Source: Perkinsus chesapeaki ATCC PRA-425
Lineage: Eukaryota; Protista; Perkinsozoa
Assembly (NCBI GenBank): GCA_013115145.1
Contig: JAAPAO010000238.1
Span: forward strand, 1-48,797
Reading direction: 5' to 3'
Length of the DNA stretch: 48,797 nt
Shown: one piece after another, positions 38,666-48,797 of the stretch
Layout of the letters: every line of letters starts with the position of its first letter
How positions within the stretch are numbered: the stretch's first letter is position 1
Translations under genes and position numbers: made by a program
The notes under the pieces: model-generated
The model's input: the letters and a program-made list of their open reading frames with translations, nothing else
Databases searched by the model: none
Told to the model about the DNA's origin: nothing

Positions 38666-41600
38666 CTAATCATCACCATTATCATCATCAGATGTCATCA
38701 TCATTCTTCTTGTTGTTGTTGTTCTTCTTCTTAGGCATCTCTTACTCTCTTCATCAAGTATAACGCTTTCCAATTCTGAACCCACAACTCTACGACATGT
38801 ACTCGAACCATTATTATATATCTGCCATAACATAATCATACTAAGCTTCACGCGCCACATTATTGAAGCCTTCAGTAATGATAAAGAATAGTAAAGGGCT
38901 TGTGTAGTAGTAATCTTATTATCATCTCTCCCTTCAAGGTTGGTATCTGATGAGAATAGACAATCGAGTGATGACTATAAGGTGGTACACAAGACTAGTA
39001 ATGTACTTTTATTAATGTAATCTACTTTATGATGATGATGACGATATGGAGATGATATTAACACTTGCCGTATACCAATAAGAGTATCCATTAATATATA
39101 AGTTAATATATATCGACACTCTTTATCATCATCAACATTATTATTAACCTAATAAACCTATAATCCACTACATACTATCATTACTCTTACCGTTACCTTA
39201 CTCAAACCATTCATCATTCCATTAGCCATACACTTTAACTTATACTCAACATCATAAGTTATTATATTATTGCTTGTAATAAATGGTTTAAATATGATAT
39301 TACTCCTTCCTAATTGTATAGGTTGTTGCCTATTAAAGGTATTATAAGCCTAAGGTTACCATTACCCAACGATACCTGCTGCTGCTGCCTACTACTACAC
39401 CTACCTTTTTACCATTTATTACAGCAGCAGCCCTCTTTGCCCGAGTTATAATATCCATTTTTAATTTATCACTATTCTTCCGATACTCTATTGCAGCTTC
39501 ATACATCGCTCCGGGAATCGCCTATGAATAATATGGTACTTGCATATGATGAATATACTTGATATGATGTGAATAGATCATGCAAGGGGTTTACCGTTAT
39601 GTCTACTACTGTATATCTTAAAAACAACAAGAAGATGAAGAAGTAAGAAGGACAGATAAAGAGATAACTTGAAGGATGGGATGATTAAGTAGGTAGTACC
39701 ACATTGTTAGTATGTACTCTCTACCTGTAGTTTCTATGCTTTACCAGCGTGGATTAAACATAATACGTGTAGGATAATAACTAAAGTCAAGATACTGTAA
39801 GAAATGTGAAAATGGAATACAACGCCGCCCCAAGATGTTGTTGTTGTTGTTGTTGTTAACAGTCTCAACTTTAAAATGAAAGCCGAATTATAAAATTGGT
39901 CCTATAGCCAAACGAATAGTTATTAATTATTATTAATGTACCTAAACCCTGATGCAGGAGGACGCAGAAAGCGATGCATAACATAAGCAGCGCGTCAAAT
40001 TCTTATCAACTCGTGTTTTTCAAGGGTTTGAGAACAACTAAGGTGTACTCATCGACGATTACCTCAAGGATATGTTCCATAGTCAAAATAAGTATATCCT
40101 CAAAGTTTCAGAGCCAAACTCCTTGTCAGTAGTGAGTAATTGGAAAATTTGTGCAAAATCGGTGCGACACATTCTTAGAAACCGCAGCCTAAAAATGCAC
40201 GCAAAATTCATGTTTTTGTTAGGGAAGTATATTAAAGCAGATAATTCAGACCTGATCACATACACCATTGGAAAGCTTATCCTTTCTTCACTACATGACA
40301 TGAGTTTCGTAGTCTAGCTCCGTGTTAATGAGACACACTCGGCCGTTGAAGCAAAAGTATCCCGACAGATGTCATTTTTAGCTGTGAAAGTCCATTTTTT
40401 GGCGATCACAACGCCTAAGGTCCGTGACAGCAAGCATAGTCGAGAACTGCGCTACGAAACTCATGTCATGTAGTGAAGAAAGGATGAGCTTTCCAGTGGT
40501 GTATGTGATTAGGTCTGAATTATCTGCTCTAATATACTTCCCTAACAAAAACATGAATTCTGCGTGCATTTTTAAGCTGCGGTTTCTAAGAATGCGTCGC
40601 ACCGATTTTGCACGATTCTTTTAATTACTCACTACTGACAAGGAGTTTGGCTCTGAAACTTTGAGGATATACTTATTTTGACTAGGGAACATATCCTTGA
40701 GGTAATCGTTGATGAGTACACTTTAGTTGCTCTTGAACCCTTGAAAAACACGAGTTGATAAGAATTTGACGTGCGGTGTAGAGGTGATATCATTATAAAC
40801 ATTGTATTATAAGGTGGTTGTTGTATTATTATAATTTATTATTAACCTCTACCATTACGTTATTATGTTACCTTATTATCAACATCTCTATGAGGTTTAT
40901 TATCCTTCCCTTCTGATACCCTTTCCAAACAGTTTCTGATCTTCTTTAAGAAAGCATCAGGTTTCAATACATCGTCTTCATTTGCCTTATTTATACAATG
41001 ATGGGCAGTATTATCATCGATTGGCATTATGTACCATAATGTATCGAAACCAGTCACCTACTGTGTTGTGATATTGACTATGGTTATAAGTGTCATCATT
41101 AAACAACAACGACAACTTACAACTGTATCTAAGATGCCTTTCCTAACCGAAACAATATCTTTATCGTATTGTTGTTTATTTAAATTAATCTGTTATGATA
41201 GTATTAGTATTATTAATGTCGTCCTAGGTATTATTATTTACTTTACATATTCCATCTTTAATATTATTATAAATTCCTTCACTATCTTGAATATCTTCAT
41301 ACAATAATTCCTAAATAATACTTATAAGTACTCCCTTTTCTACTTACTATTTTATCATTGACTAATCTTAGCTTATCTTTTATTAATTCATCATTATTAA
41401 ATGAATCGTCCTGTACCGTAACCTCCCTAACACCAATATAACACCATCAACCGACTCATTAATAACCATATTAACTCATTAACTATCTTTCTTGCAACAT
41501 CGGGTATATCCACTTTCATGAATTGGGATAATGAGGATGATGATGGTTTAATAGTTTCCTAAGATGCCAGAGGTCTCGGGTCCTATCCCTACACTTACCA

Positions 41601-42282
41601 TGTATTTAATAAATTTATCGTTAACCTCATCTCCATTTGCTATAACCATTTCCTTTATTAATAATTCCCTTTGTATCATTATTTGTGTATTATCCTTCCG
41701 TTTATCCCTATATAGGTTTATATCCCTTTTTAACTCTTCCATCCTTTCTTTCCTATATTAATAACTCATATTATATATAATAATCCATCATCACCTATAA
41801 TGATCAGTATCCTGTCGTATCTTATTAGCTATGTCATTAGGATTTATTATCATCTAACATTATTACATATCCAATGATATCATTTACCTAATACTTAAAT
41901 ATTCATCCCACCATCAAGAGGCCGTGTATCACCCCCACCCAGCTCCCAAACATCTTCAGCAACAACAACAACAACAACCAACCAGTACGAGCTTTTCTTG
42001 CAATTTTAGTGCATTAATCATCCTCCTCATCATCATTGTTTTGATATATCGGAAGAATTTGATGTATAAGCTATATATCCAAACACTTGAAGAAATTAAC
42101 AACAAAGTAAGAGCTGTAAACGATCGATTTAGTCGGGGGATAACAAAGAAAGGATCTCTATTATACAAGTACTGTGGTATTAAATACGGGCAACTGCTGT
42201 TATAGGAGGATATCTACGGTATATCTTATGTTACTCCAAGGGTTTCACTAATAACATATGAATGGTCTAATTGAACACTCAT
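38666..42282 (-). CDS. Hypothetical multi-exon gene(s), interrupted by the foldback element in an intron
   Basis: Protein-like exon fragments (MEELKRDINLYRDK..., DVLKPDAFLKKIRNCLE..., AIPGAMYEAAIEYRK...) bounded by GT/AG. Model not resolved. Confidence 0.35.
39991..40773. mobile_element. Foldback / long-TIR non-autonomous DNA transposon (783 bp)
   Basis: Arms 39991-40312 and 40452-40773 are near-perfect reverse complements around a 139-bp spacer. Termini are CGCGTCAAATT and AATTTGACGTG, with flanks CAG and CGG. Confidence 0.93.
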
Positions 42283-42373
42283 ATATCATTTACTCGTTAT
42301 TTTATAATATTAATACCACATTTCCCTCATATCTTACCATTATGATAGTTTTTCACTTGTCTTGTTTCATATA

Positions 42374-42858
42374 ATGGTATATTTCGAGGATTGGGATGAC
42401 TTCCAAACAGCAGCAAGACAAGTATTTATTCAACAACCTGATAAAGTAGTATTTATAATACCACTTTACTATTAAAACACTTTATTATTAGACACGATAT
42501 CAATTGAAACGAAAGCGATCGAACGATTCTCTTATCCTTAAGGTTACTGATGATGTTGTTGTAAGTAATTGTTGTTGTTGTATATAATTATAATATTATA
42601 TTCAGTGCGTAAAGTACAAAGGACCAAAGGCATCAACTGCGGCAGCAGGGCGGTTTATTGAACGAGTTGATATGTTAACTCGATGGTTTATTAGTCGAAG
42701 CTTTATGACATCTGATGAACTTAAATTAGAAGGAGAAGCTTTCCCTTCATTAGAAACAGCTGTTAATAAAGGTATAATTATAATATATTGTATTTAATAT
42801 CCATATAATAGATACAATGGGACAACAACAACATAGTGGAAAGAAAAGGCTTGGCTAA
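42374..42858 (+). CDS. SRP9: Signal recognition particle 9 kDa protein (4 exons)
   Basis: MVYFEDWDDFQTAARQVFIQQPDK|TRYQLK...LILKVTDDVV|CVKYK matches the SRP9 pattern. Confidence 0.85.
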
Positions 42859-42947
42859 TAGGTTATTGATACTGTTTCCTTATCCTTATCTTACTCTTAG
42901 TCTTACATAGAGTTATACGGTATTATGGTGTTAGTATCATTTTAAGT

Positions 42948-43989
42948 ATGGTATCAACAAGAACAACAAGAACAACGCCTGCAGTACCAGCTGAGACAGC
43001 AGCTGCAGCTGATTTGAAGACATTAATGAATAAAAAAGAAGGTATTGAAAGGGAAATAGATGATATAATGACAACATTAAACTCGGCAGAATGTCAAGGT
43101 GTAATAAGAGGGGACTATAGTGATGGTGGTGGTGGTGGTGAGATAATGATATATTATAGGTTGGTCGTGATGGTAGTCTAGTCGATAATGATGGCTTCCC
43201 TAAAGGGGATATTGACCTTTATCTTATAACATCAAGTAGTAAATATTATAATGATGTTGATGGTGGTGCTGGTACAGTAGTGATAATGATATGCTAGGTA
43301 GACAAAGATTAAGGGTTTTAGAGAATGATTTGAATGAAGTTATGAATTCATTAGAAAGAGGCTTACAACAATTACATCAAATAGCACGGTAAGTAGGTGG
43401 TATATATAATATTAATAATATTTAATAGGGATAATGGTACTATATCTAAGGGGACTATAAATCAAACTCATCATAATAATAACGATATAGATCAAACCAG
43501 CACAGTAGATTACAATAATAATAATGGACTACATGATGATAGTATTACTACACCCTCACCTAAACAGACAACACCACCCCCTCCACAGTACTACTCACCT
43601 GCATTTGCTTGCATCAGTGAGGTAGTATCATAATGTTTATAGGTTATTTCTTATTATTGTTTACAGGTTGCTCCAGGATCACCAGCAGCCGAGGCAGGGC
43701 TCTTGGATGGGGATAGAATAGTCGATTTTGGCGGATCTAAGAAATTGAAAGATTTGCCATTGAGAGTTCAAACTTCAGTAAAAGTATTAGTTGTTATATC
43801 ATCATGAATCACTGTTATTAGGCTTCTTCGGGAATACCATTGAGTATTGAGATACAACGGCCAACGGGAAGTAACGGATTAAGGATAGTTAATATTGAGT
43901 TAAGACCTCACGAATGGTCTGGTCGTGGTTTACTTGGCTGTTTAGTAACTCCATTATATATCATAAGTAGTTGGGTTGGTGTTAATTAA
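42948..43989 (+). CDS. PSMD9: 26S proteasome assembly chaperone PSMD9/Nas2 (p27), PDZ domain
   Basis: LMNKKEGIEREI, SLVDNDGFPKGDIDLY, LENDLNEVM, FACISEVAPGSPAAEAGLLDGDRIVDFG and LRPHEWSGRGLLGC. Confidence 0.92.
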
Positions 43990-44009
43990 CATGTAGGTCT
44001 ATGTTTCAT

Positions 44010-44413
44010 AGAGCGAGTTCTAGGACGAACTTGAGCAAGCCAGCGCAGCACCATGAAACGGTGGTGTTTGCTAGGCAAGATTCCTGCATGTTCGGGGAGT
44101 GCCGCGGCCGGCGGGGAGGGGCCTGGTTTTGGCACGGCCCTGTGGAGGACGCTGAAGCAGGTCAGCAAAGGATTCATTACATATTTTTTCTCTAGTGTTG
44201 GAGAGGGCGTTCACTCCTTAACAGCGACTGAGCATTGACTGCCGGCGGCAGTCAGCTGATATGGCCGCCGTATGGGGCGGAGTGTGTACCGCAGCGGCAG
44301 CACCTACAATAAGGGACGGGTGTTAGGTGCCGTGCGAATGTTAAAGTTACTGGAGTTTTAACGCGTCAGCACTGCGGTTGGAGCCTCAGAGCTTACCGCG
44401 TGCTGACCAACAC
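44010..44413. other. GC-rich, extensively self-complementary island (candidate structured ncRNA or TE fragment)
   Basis: Multiple nested stems seen by eye. No RNA family motif could be confirmed. Confidence 0.4.
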
Positions 44414-44839
44414 CCGATACCTTTCAAACTTTAGACAGTCGCTGGGGTCGCGAGAGGAGGAGTAGAAATTACATATAATAATAATCCTTAAGGTAATTGG
44501 TTACTCATATGGATATGAGTATAATGAACTTAATAGAGTGATAGGAAAATACAGTAGCATCTCTCTATACTCGGGCATCATTGGCGTTAACATTTTCAGA
44601 TAGTAGAACCTGCTTTGAGTAAGCGGCCTATCGTCAGCAGCCTGAAACTCAGCCTTACATCATCTTCAGGTCTCATACAACCCTGGGCGGCCTCAAGGTT
44701 AGGAAGTTATCCCACTCACTTACATACACAGCTTACAACGCGGCGCCCTGACTGCACTGCTCCGAAGACACTTCGAGCGTAATGCGGCAGCTCTGCCATC
44801 ACTCAACAACGACGAAGCACGGGCGTACTTCTCGCTAGC

Positions 44840-45208
44840 CCATACTGAAGCACCCACAATCGTTTCATCGTTACCGCATGTTCATTAATGTGCATGCGTA
44901 CAATATACACTTCTTAATTGGTCATATAACGAATCTTACATATCTGCCCCAGTCATCTCAACAGTTGTTATTTCCCCCTCTATCGGATAACAATGTCTCT
45001 CATCTTCTTCATTGCCATGATCTCTTTTCTACTTAATTCTGTTCAAGCTGGTTCTGCCATAATGATCGCGGATAAGCTTCTTCGTGCAAGTGGTGAACAT
45101 TGTCAACGTATTTGTGATGAACGTCCTGATTGCATCTTCAGCTATTGCGGTGAGGATCATAAATGCCACAATCTTAAAGAGATTGGTACCGCCGCTGATA
45201 TTCCTTGT
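44840..45208 (+). repeat. Duplicated unit Z, copy B
   Basis: Aligns with 16043-16406. Confidence 0.9.
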
Positions 45209-45211
45209 TAG
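44993..45211 (+). CDS. Small secreted cysteine-rich protein (72 aa), copy B
   Basis: Signal peptide plus the same six Cys. It differs from copy A at five residues and has no indels. Confidence 0.65.
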   Translation: MSLIFFIAMISFLLNSVQAGSAIMIADKLLRASGEHCQRICDERPDCIFSYCGEDHKCHNLKEIGTAADIPC

Positions 45212-45574
45212 AGTAAGAGGATCGGCCATGTCGGCTCATCGTCAAGTCAACGGCCCATCTGGCAGTTGTTCTGATGGTGCCTGTATCCCCGGATACTTCC
45301 TTCTTTCCTACGTGACTTGTTTTTGTGACTGCTTGTCATCCGCTTCTCTAAGTTATATCCATAAAGTATAATGTGCTGATTGTTTTTATTTCTCTCTTTT
45401 GACATGTTGCGTAACAGTAGAGTCAGATACCAGCAAACATATATAGACTTGGCTAATTTCTGTTATGTTCACATGTGATGGTTTTAATCAGTTGAGGTGT
45501 GCATGCTATCTCATTGTATTCTTCAGTAAACTCGACTTGTTATTGTTCCGAGCAAGGCAATACACTCTTTTGCA

Positions 45575-46467
45575 ATGACATCTTTGAATGGAGTACTTGA
45601 AGATATGAAACGTCGAGCAACAGTCGAGGCACGAATTCGTGATGCGGTAAAATAGATTATTATACAAAATAGTTAACCTTCGTTTTAGGCTTCTATTCAT
45701 GATAAGTTACGACTAGAGGTGGTTGATTGTCACGATGAACTCTCAAATCAAGTCAATCGTCGATCAGCCATCAATCGATATTGGCGTGACAGATATCAGA
45801 AACTTGAAGAAGAATTAATTGATTATCGTAACAACGCGGAAACCGCCAAGTAGGGAATTGGTCGACAGGACTCGAGTATTACTCCCAATAGGCTGGAAAA
45901 CTGCTTACTGAAAGAGGATAATGAAAAGTTGAATTCAGAGGTGGATAAACTTCGTAGTGAGGTAGCGAACATCACAGGAATCCACAGCAAGCTTTGGTTC
46001 AGATCGACCGCTTGAAGCTATCACTGGAGACGAAGAATGCAGGCGAAGACGAGCAGGCCGATGGTAGAATTGTCTTCATGTTAATTTCTACTTTCCATTA
46101 AGCGTTTTCAGTTAGCAGAAACCCCAATGATAGTAACCGACCAACGAAGGCGTCCAATAATAACAAACTGGGAATGTCTTGTTATGTCACAACGCAACAT
46201 GCCTCGATGGAATGCCCTTCATCTTCACTGCATACCACCGCGATCGGAAAGTTATTCAAGAGCTCACAATTCCATAACCAAAGGCAAAGGATTGCACCAT
46301 TTGGAGGAATGTCGCCTCAACTATCGAAGCAGCAAAGCCTGCCTCCTCTTGGACGCTACAACCACTCCCTTTTGCATCACTCCTACGAGCATTTCGTGGC
46401 TAATCACAACGACTCCAGCAAAGCAATGTATAATGCCCAGAATAACACAAAGTCCAATCCACTCTGA
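45575..46467 (+). CDS. Hypothetical coiled-coil protein X1, copy B (5 exons)
   Basis: MTSLNGVLEDMKRRA...KSNPL*, with the same splice sites as copy A and a 3-nt indel in the last exon. Confidence 0.55.
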
Positions 46468-46549
46468 ACCATAAATCATGAATTCGGGTTTACTAGCATC
46501 ATGGATTAATGCTCATTCAACTGGAGCGGAAGAGTCGAGTTGAAAGACT

Positions 46550-47533
46550 AATGATAGCATTTACACAACTGGGCATAGTCAACTAACCCGTCATCAGGTT
46601 AAATCTCTCTGTGTATTATGTCATCTGTTCTAGAAGCCGATGGTTATTCTACCATAGATGAGGCTTCAAGGAGGGAAAGGGATGCCTGCCAGTCAGTCGC
46701 TCGTCCACCTCAATCTTTACGCTCTCCATCCTCTTTTCCTTGAGGGAGACTATTGATGAATCAGATACCGTCTTTTGCGTCGAAGTCGTATTGCCGCGGT
46801 TGGACGATCACACACATCGATCGATGACTCTTCCCGCCTGCCTTGCGTATTATCTTTGAAGGAAGACGAGGATTCCGACATATGTGCGAACACAGCTAGA
46901 TTGAGGCTCTCAAGGTTACGAAGTAGCTCTTCGGCATTCATCCGAAATTGATGTAGGATGGCATGCCGTGCGAAGATTCGTCCCATTTTTAAAAATGACG
47001 TGGCCGAGCAAGAGAAAGGACCGAAAGGTCTAACAAAAAGCTATGCATTGGCTGAAGTGAAAGAAAACGTTGCCGAGGACCCTTCAGAAGGTAGAAGTTC
47101 TATGAAGTTCTTTGAAAGACTATGTGTTTATAGATTTAGTCGTGGAATCCAACGGAGATCCTCCAAAGGCTAATCGTCGCACTGAGGTGACAGCAGATGA
47201 CGATTTGGCTCTTACGATAAGGTAAATTAGCATTGATCCACTTTCATAGTAATTCTCTTTTGTTCAGGACTACGGCATCACTGATGCGATTGGCACTCGA
47301 AAGAGACAAAACACTCAAAACTGTGTGCTTGTGTTTTGGCTCAAATCTTCATTCTGAAAGTCCACTTGTCGAACACGCCATTCAGGTGGGTGCTAATTTG
47401 TACTCCCATTTCCCGATGGCCCGTTTTTAGCGTTTATCCTCAGCAAGCCAACATTCACGGAACTGTCGATATTACGGAAGACCGAAACAGTTATTGGCGG
47501 CTCTCATGGCAATTAACGATCGACGTGGCATAA
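46550..47533 (+). CDS. Hypothetical spliced gene X2, copy B; ends uncertain
   Basis: Same exons as copy A but open through RTTASLMRLALERDKTLK, and it retains the segment deleted in copy A. Confidence 0.35.
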
Positions 47534-47739
47534 AATGATACATGATGGTTGTTGTTGGCTCTCACCTCGAACTTTTGTTCCAAATACAAAACTAATGTCA
47601 ATAATTGGACCGCTGACTTCGACATTGTTCATTGGCATCCAGAAGCGAGGGGAGTATATTATTTTCTCATCATAGTGAGGTGAGATGGAACGAACTGTTT
47701 GCGACTCTTTTACTCCTTCATTCCCGAGTGTTCTAGTAT

Positions 47740-48797
47740 TGTAATGGATTAGATAGGTTCTGCTGGCATTGTGTATCCACAATATGGCGACACCTGACTA
47801 CGAGCAATTGGTCCCCCCTATCGGTGACTTCGAGGATAAAGCCGTTCATTCGAACATAGTCGACCTTGCCAAGGGCAGACAACTGGATGGCATAAAACAG
47901 TCCCTCTCTGCTTATCGTCGAAAGAGGACAGTTGCCCAAAATGCCATTAAGGACATTCGGCGCTTGATTGCCGACGAACCCTTGGGGGGGGGGGCTGAGA
48001 AGATAGAGCGGGACTATACCCTCACTAAGCAGATATCTATTTGGTCTGATGCTAATAAGGCTTGTCGTTCCCTGGAGAAGATCGAAGAGGCAATGTAGTA
48101 TGCGAATGTGTTCCAGGATACCCCAGGACAACAATCAAGCGACGATGAGGGCTGGTTGACAACTACATCGGGTCAGGAGGAGCCGCTTCCGCGGCCACGC
48201 CGATCTCCAAGGGTTGGTGCAGAGAGGCGCACGCCTCGCGATAACCTGACAACGGTTAAGGACCCGGTCTCCACTTCCCCAAGCCAACATAACCCTGCGA
48301 GGGGAGTCATCACTCAAACAGTGACGAAGATAGACTTGCCGAAGTTGAAGGATAAGTTCTCACTCCAACATCACCTCCGCGTATGTGAAAACATGCTTCA
48401 AGAGGCCGAGGTCGGTATCGACGTGGAGGGCCAGTTCAAGCCATTGGGTCGCCTGCAGTACAATGTGGTGACGAAGATCTTGGGCACCTTAGTGGACCAC
48501 AAGGACATCTTCCAGCTTGCGTCAGACACCGCTGAGCAGAGTGATCATGACTGGGTCTACGTTAGAAGAGTGTTGCTGACGACGTATGCCAAACGTGAGA
48601 CTTTGGTGGATGAATACAGAGCGGTCGTTCTTCGTATTAAGTACGTCAACTGTGATAGGTTCTGTGCCGAAGCTAGGAAACTCTACGCCATGGCTAGTCG
48701 ACTCTTTGGCATTGGCAACACTTACGAGATTCGGGGCCTTGTGGAGACGCTTGTCAGCAGGCTTCCACCAGAAAGAGCGTCTGCACTCATTTCAGAG
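47740..48797 (+). mobile_element. 5' end of an LTR retrotransposon: short TG...CA segment, PBS-like TGGCGACACC and a gag-like ORF running off the window
   Basis: Insertion breakpoint defined by comparison with copy A. The ORF from ATG 47784 continues in frame past a single TAG (48096-48098) for about 230 more codons with gag-capsid-like text (IDLPKL...DWVYVRRVLLTTY...FCAEARKLY). It is intronless and more GC-rich than host genes. Confidence 0.75.

Larger units (their letters stand above)
45294..47739 (+). repeat. Segmental duplication unit X/Y, copy B
   Basis: Aligns with 13683-15838. Similarity stops abruptly at 47739, where the LTR element begins. Confidence 0.95.

Noticed and set aside
40072-40624. 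Mirror-image ORF pairs (81/72 aa and 74/66 aa)
   Set aside because: They are by-products of the foldback element's inverted arms and have no transposase motifs.
44550-44580. TA-CAGTAGCATCTCTCTATACTCGG resembles a pogo/Tigger terminal repeat
   Set aside because: No matching inverted end was found in the window.
47334-47344. TTTTGGCTCAA resembles the 3' end of the dinoflagellate/Perkinsus spliced leader (relict SL)
   Set aside because: Only 11 nt match, the terminal G is missing, the CCGTAGCCA part is absent, and it lies inside a predicted exon.

Overview
Eukaryotic nuclear DNA: AT-rich, gene-dense, with many short GT-AG introns and frequent trinucleotide microsatellites. The style resembles a Perkinsus-like alveolate, which is inference only. 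The ORF track shows only exon fragments, so gene models were spliced by hand and exon boundaries are approximate. Recognisable genes: an NHL/beta-propeller protein, an RlmD/TRM2-family m5U methyltransferase homologue with degenerate catalytic motifs, a cathepsin L-like protease, glutathione reductase, a D-2-hydroxyacid dehydrogenase, a PP2C phosphatase, a multi-TM purple-acid-phosphatase-like enzyme, RPB3, a UPF0145/YbjQ protein, SRP9, PSMD9 and tRNA-Ala(CGC), plus several hypothetical genes. Mobile and repeated DNA: a decayed Tc1/mariner transposase, a TA-flanked MITE in a PP2C intron, a 783-bp foldback element with 322-bp TIRs, the 5' end of an LTR retrotransposon (gag) at the right edge, and a roughly 2.5-kb unit duplicated in permuted order (13.7-16.4 kb and 44.8-47.7 kb) that carries a small secreted Cys-rich protein gene. 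Best leads: the putative mitochondrial pseudo-methyltransferase, an unexplained GC-rich highly structured stretch at 44.0-44.4 kb, the permuted duplication, and an LTR element whose apparent LTR is only 42 bp. No CRISPR array or rRNA was seen.
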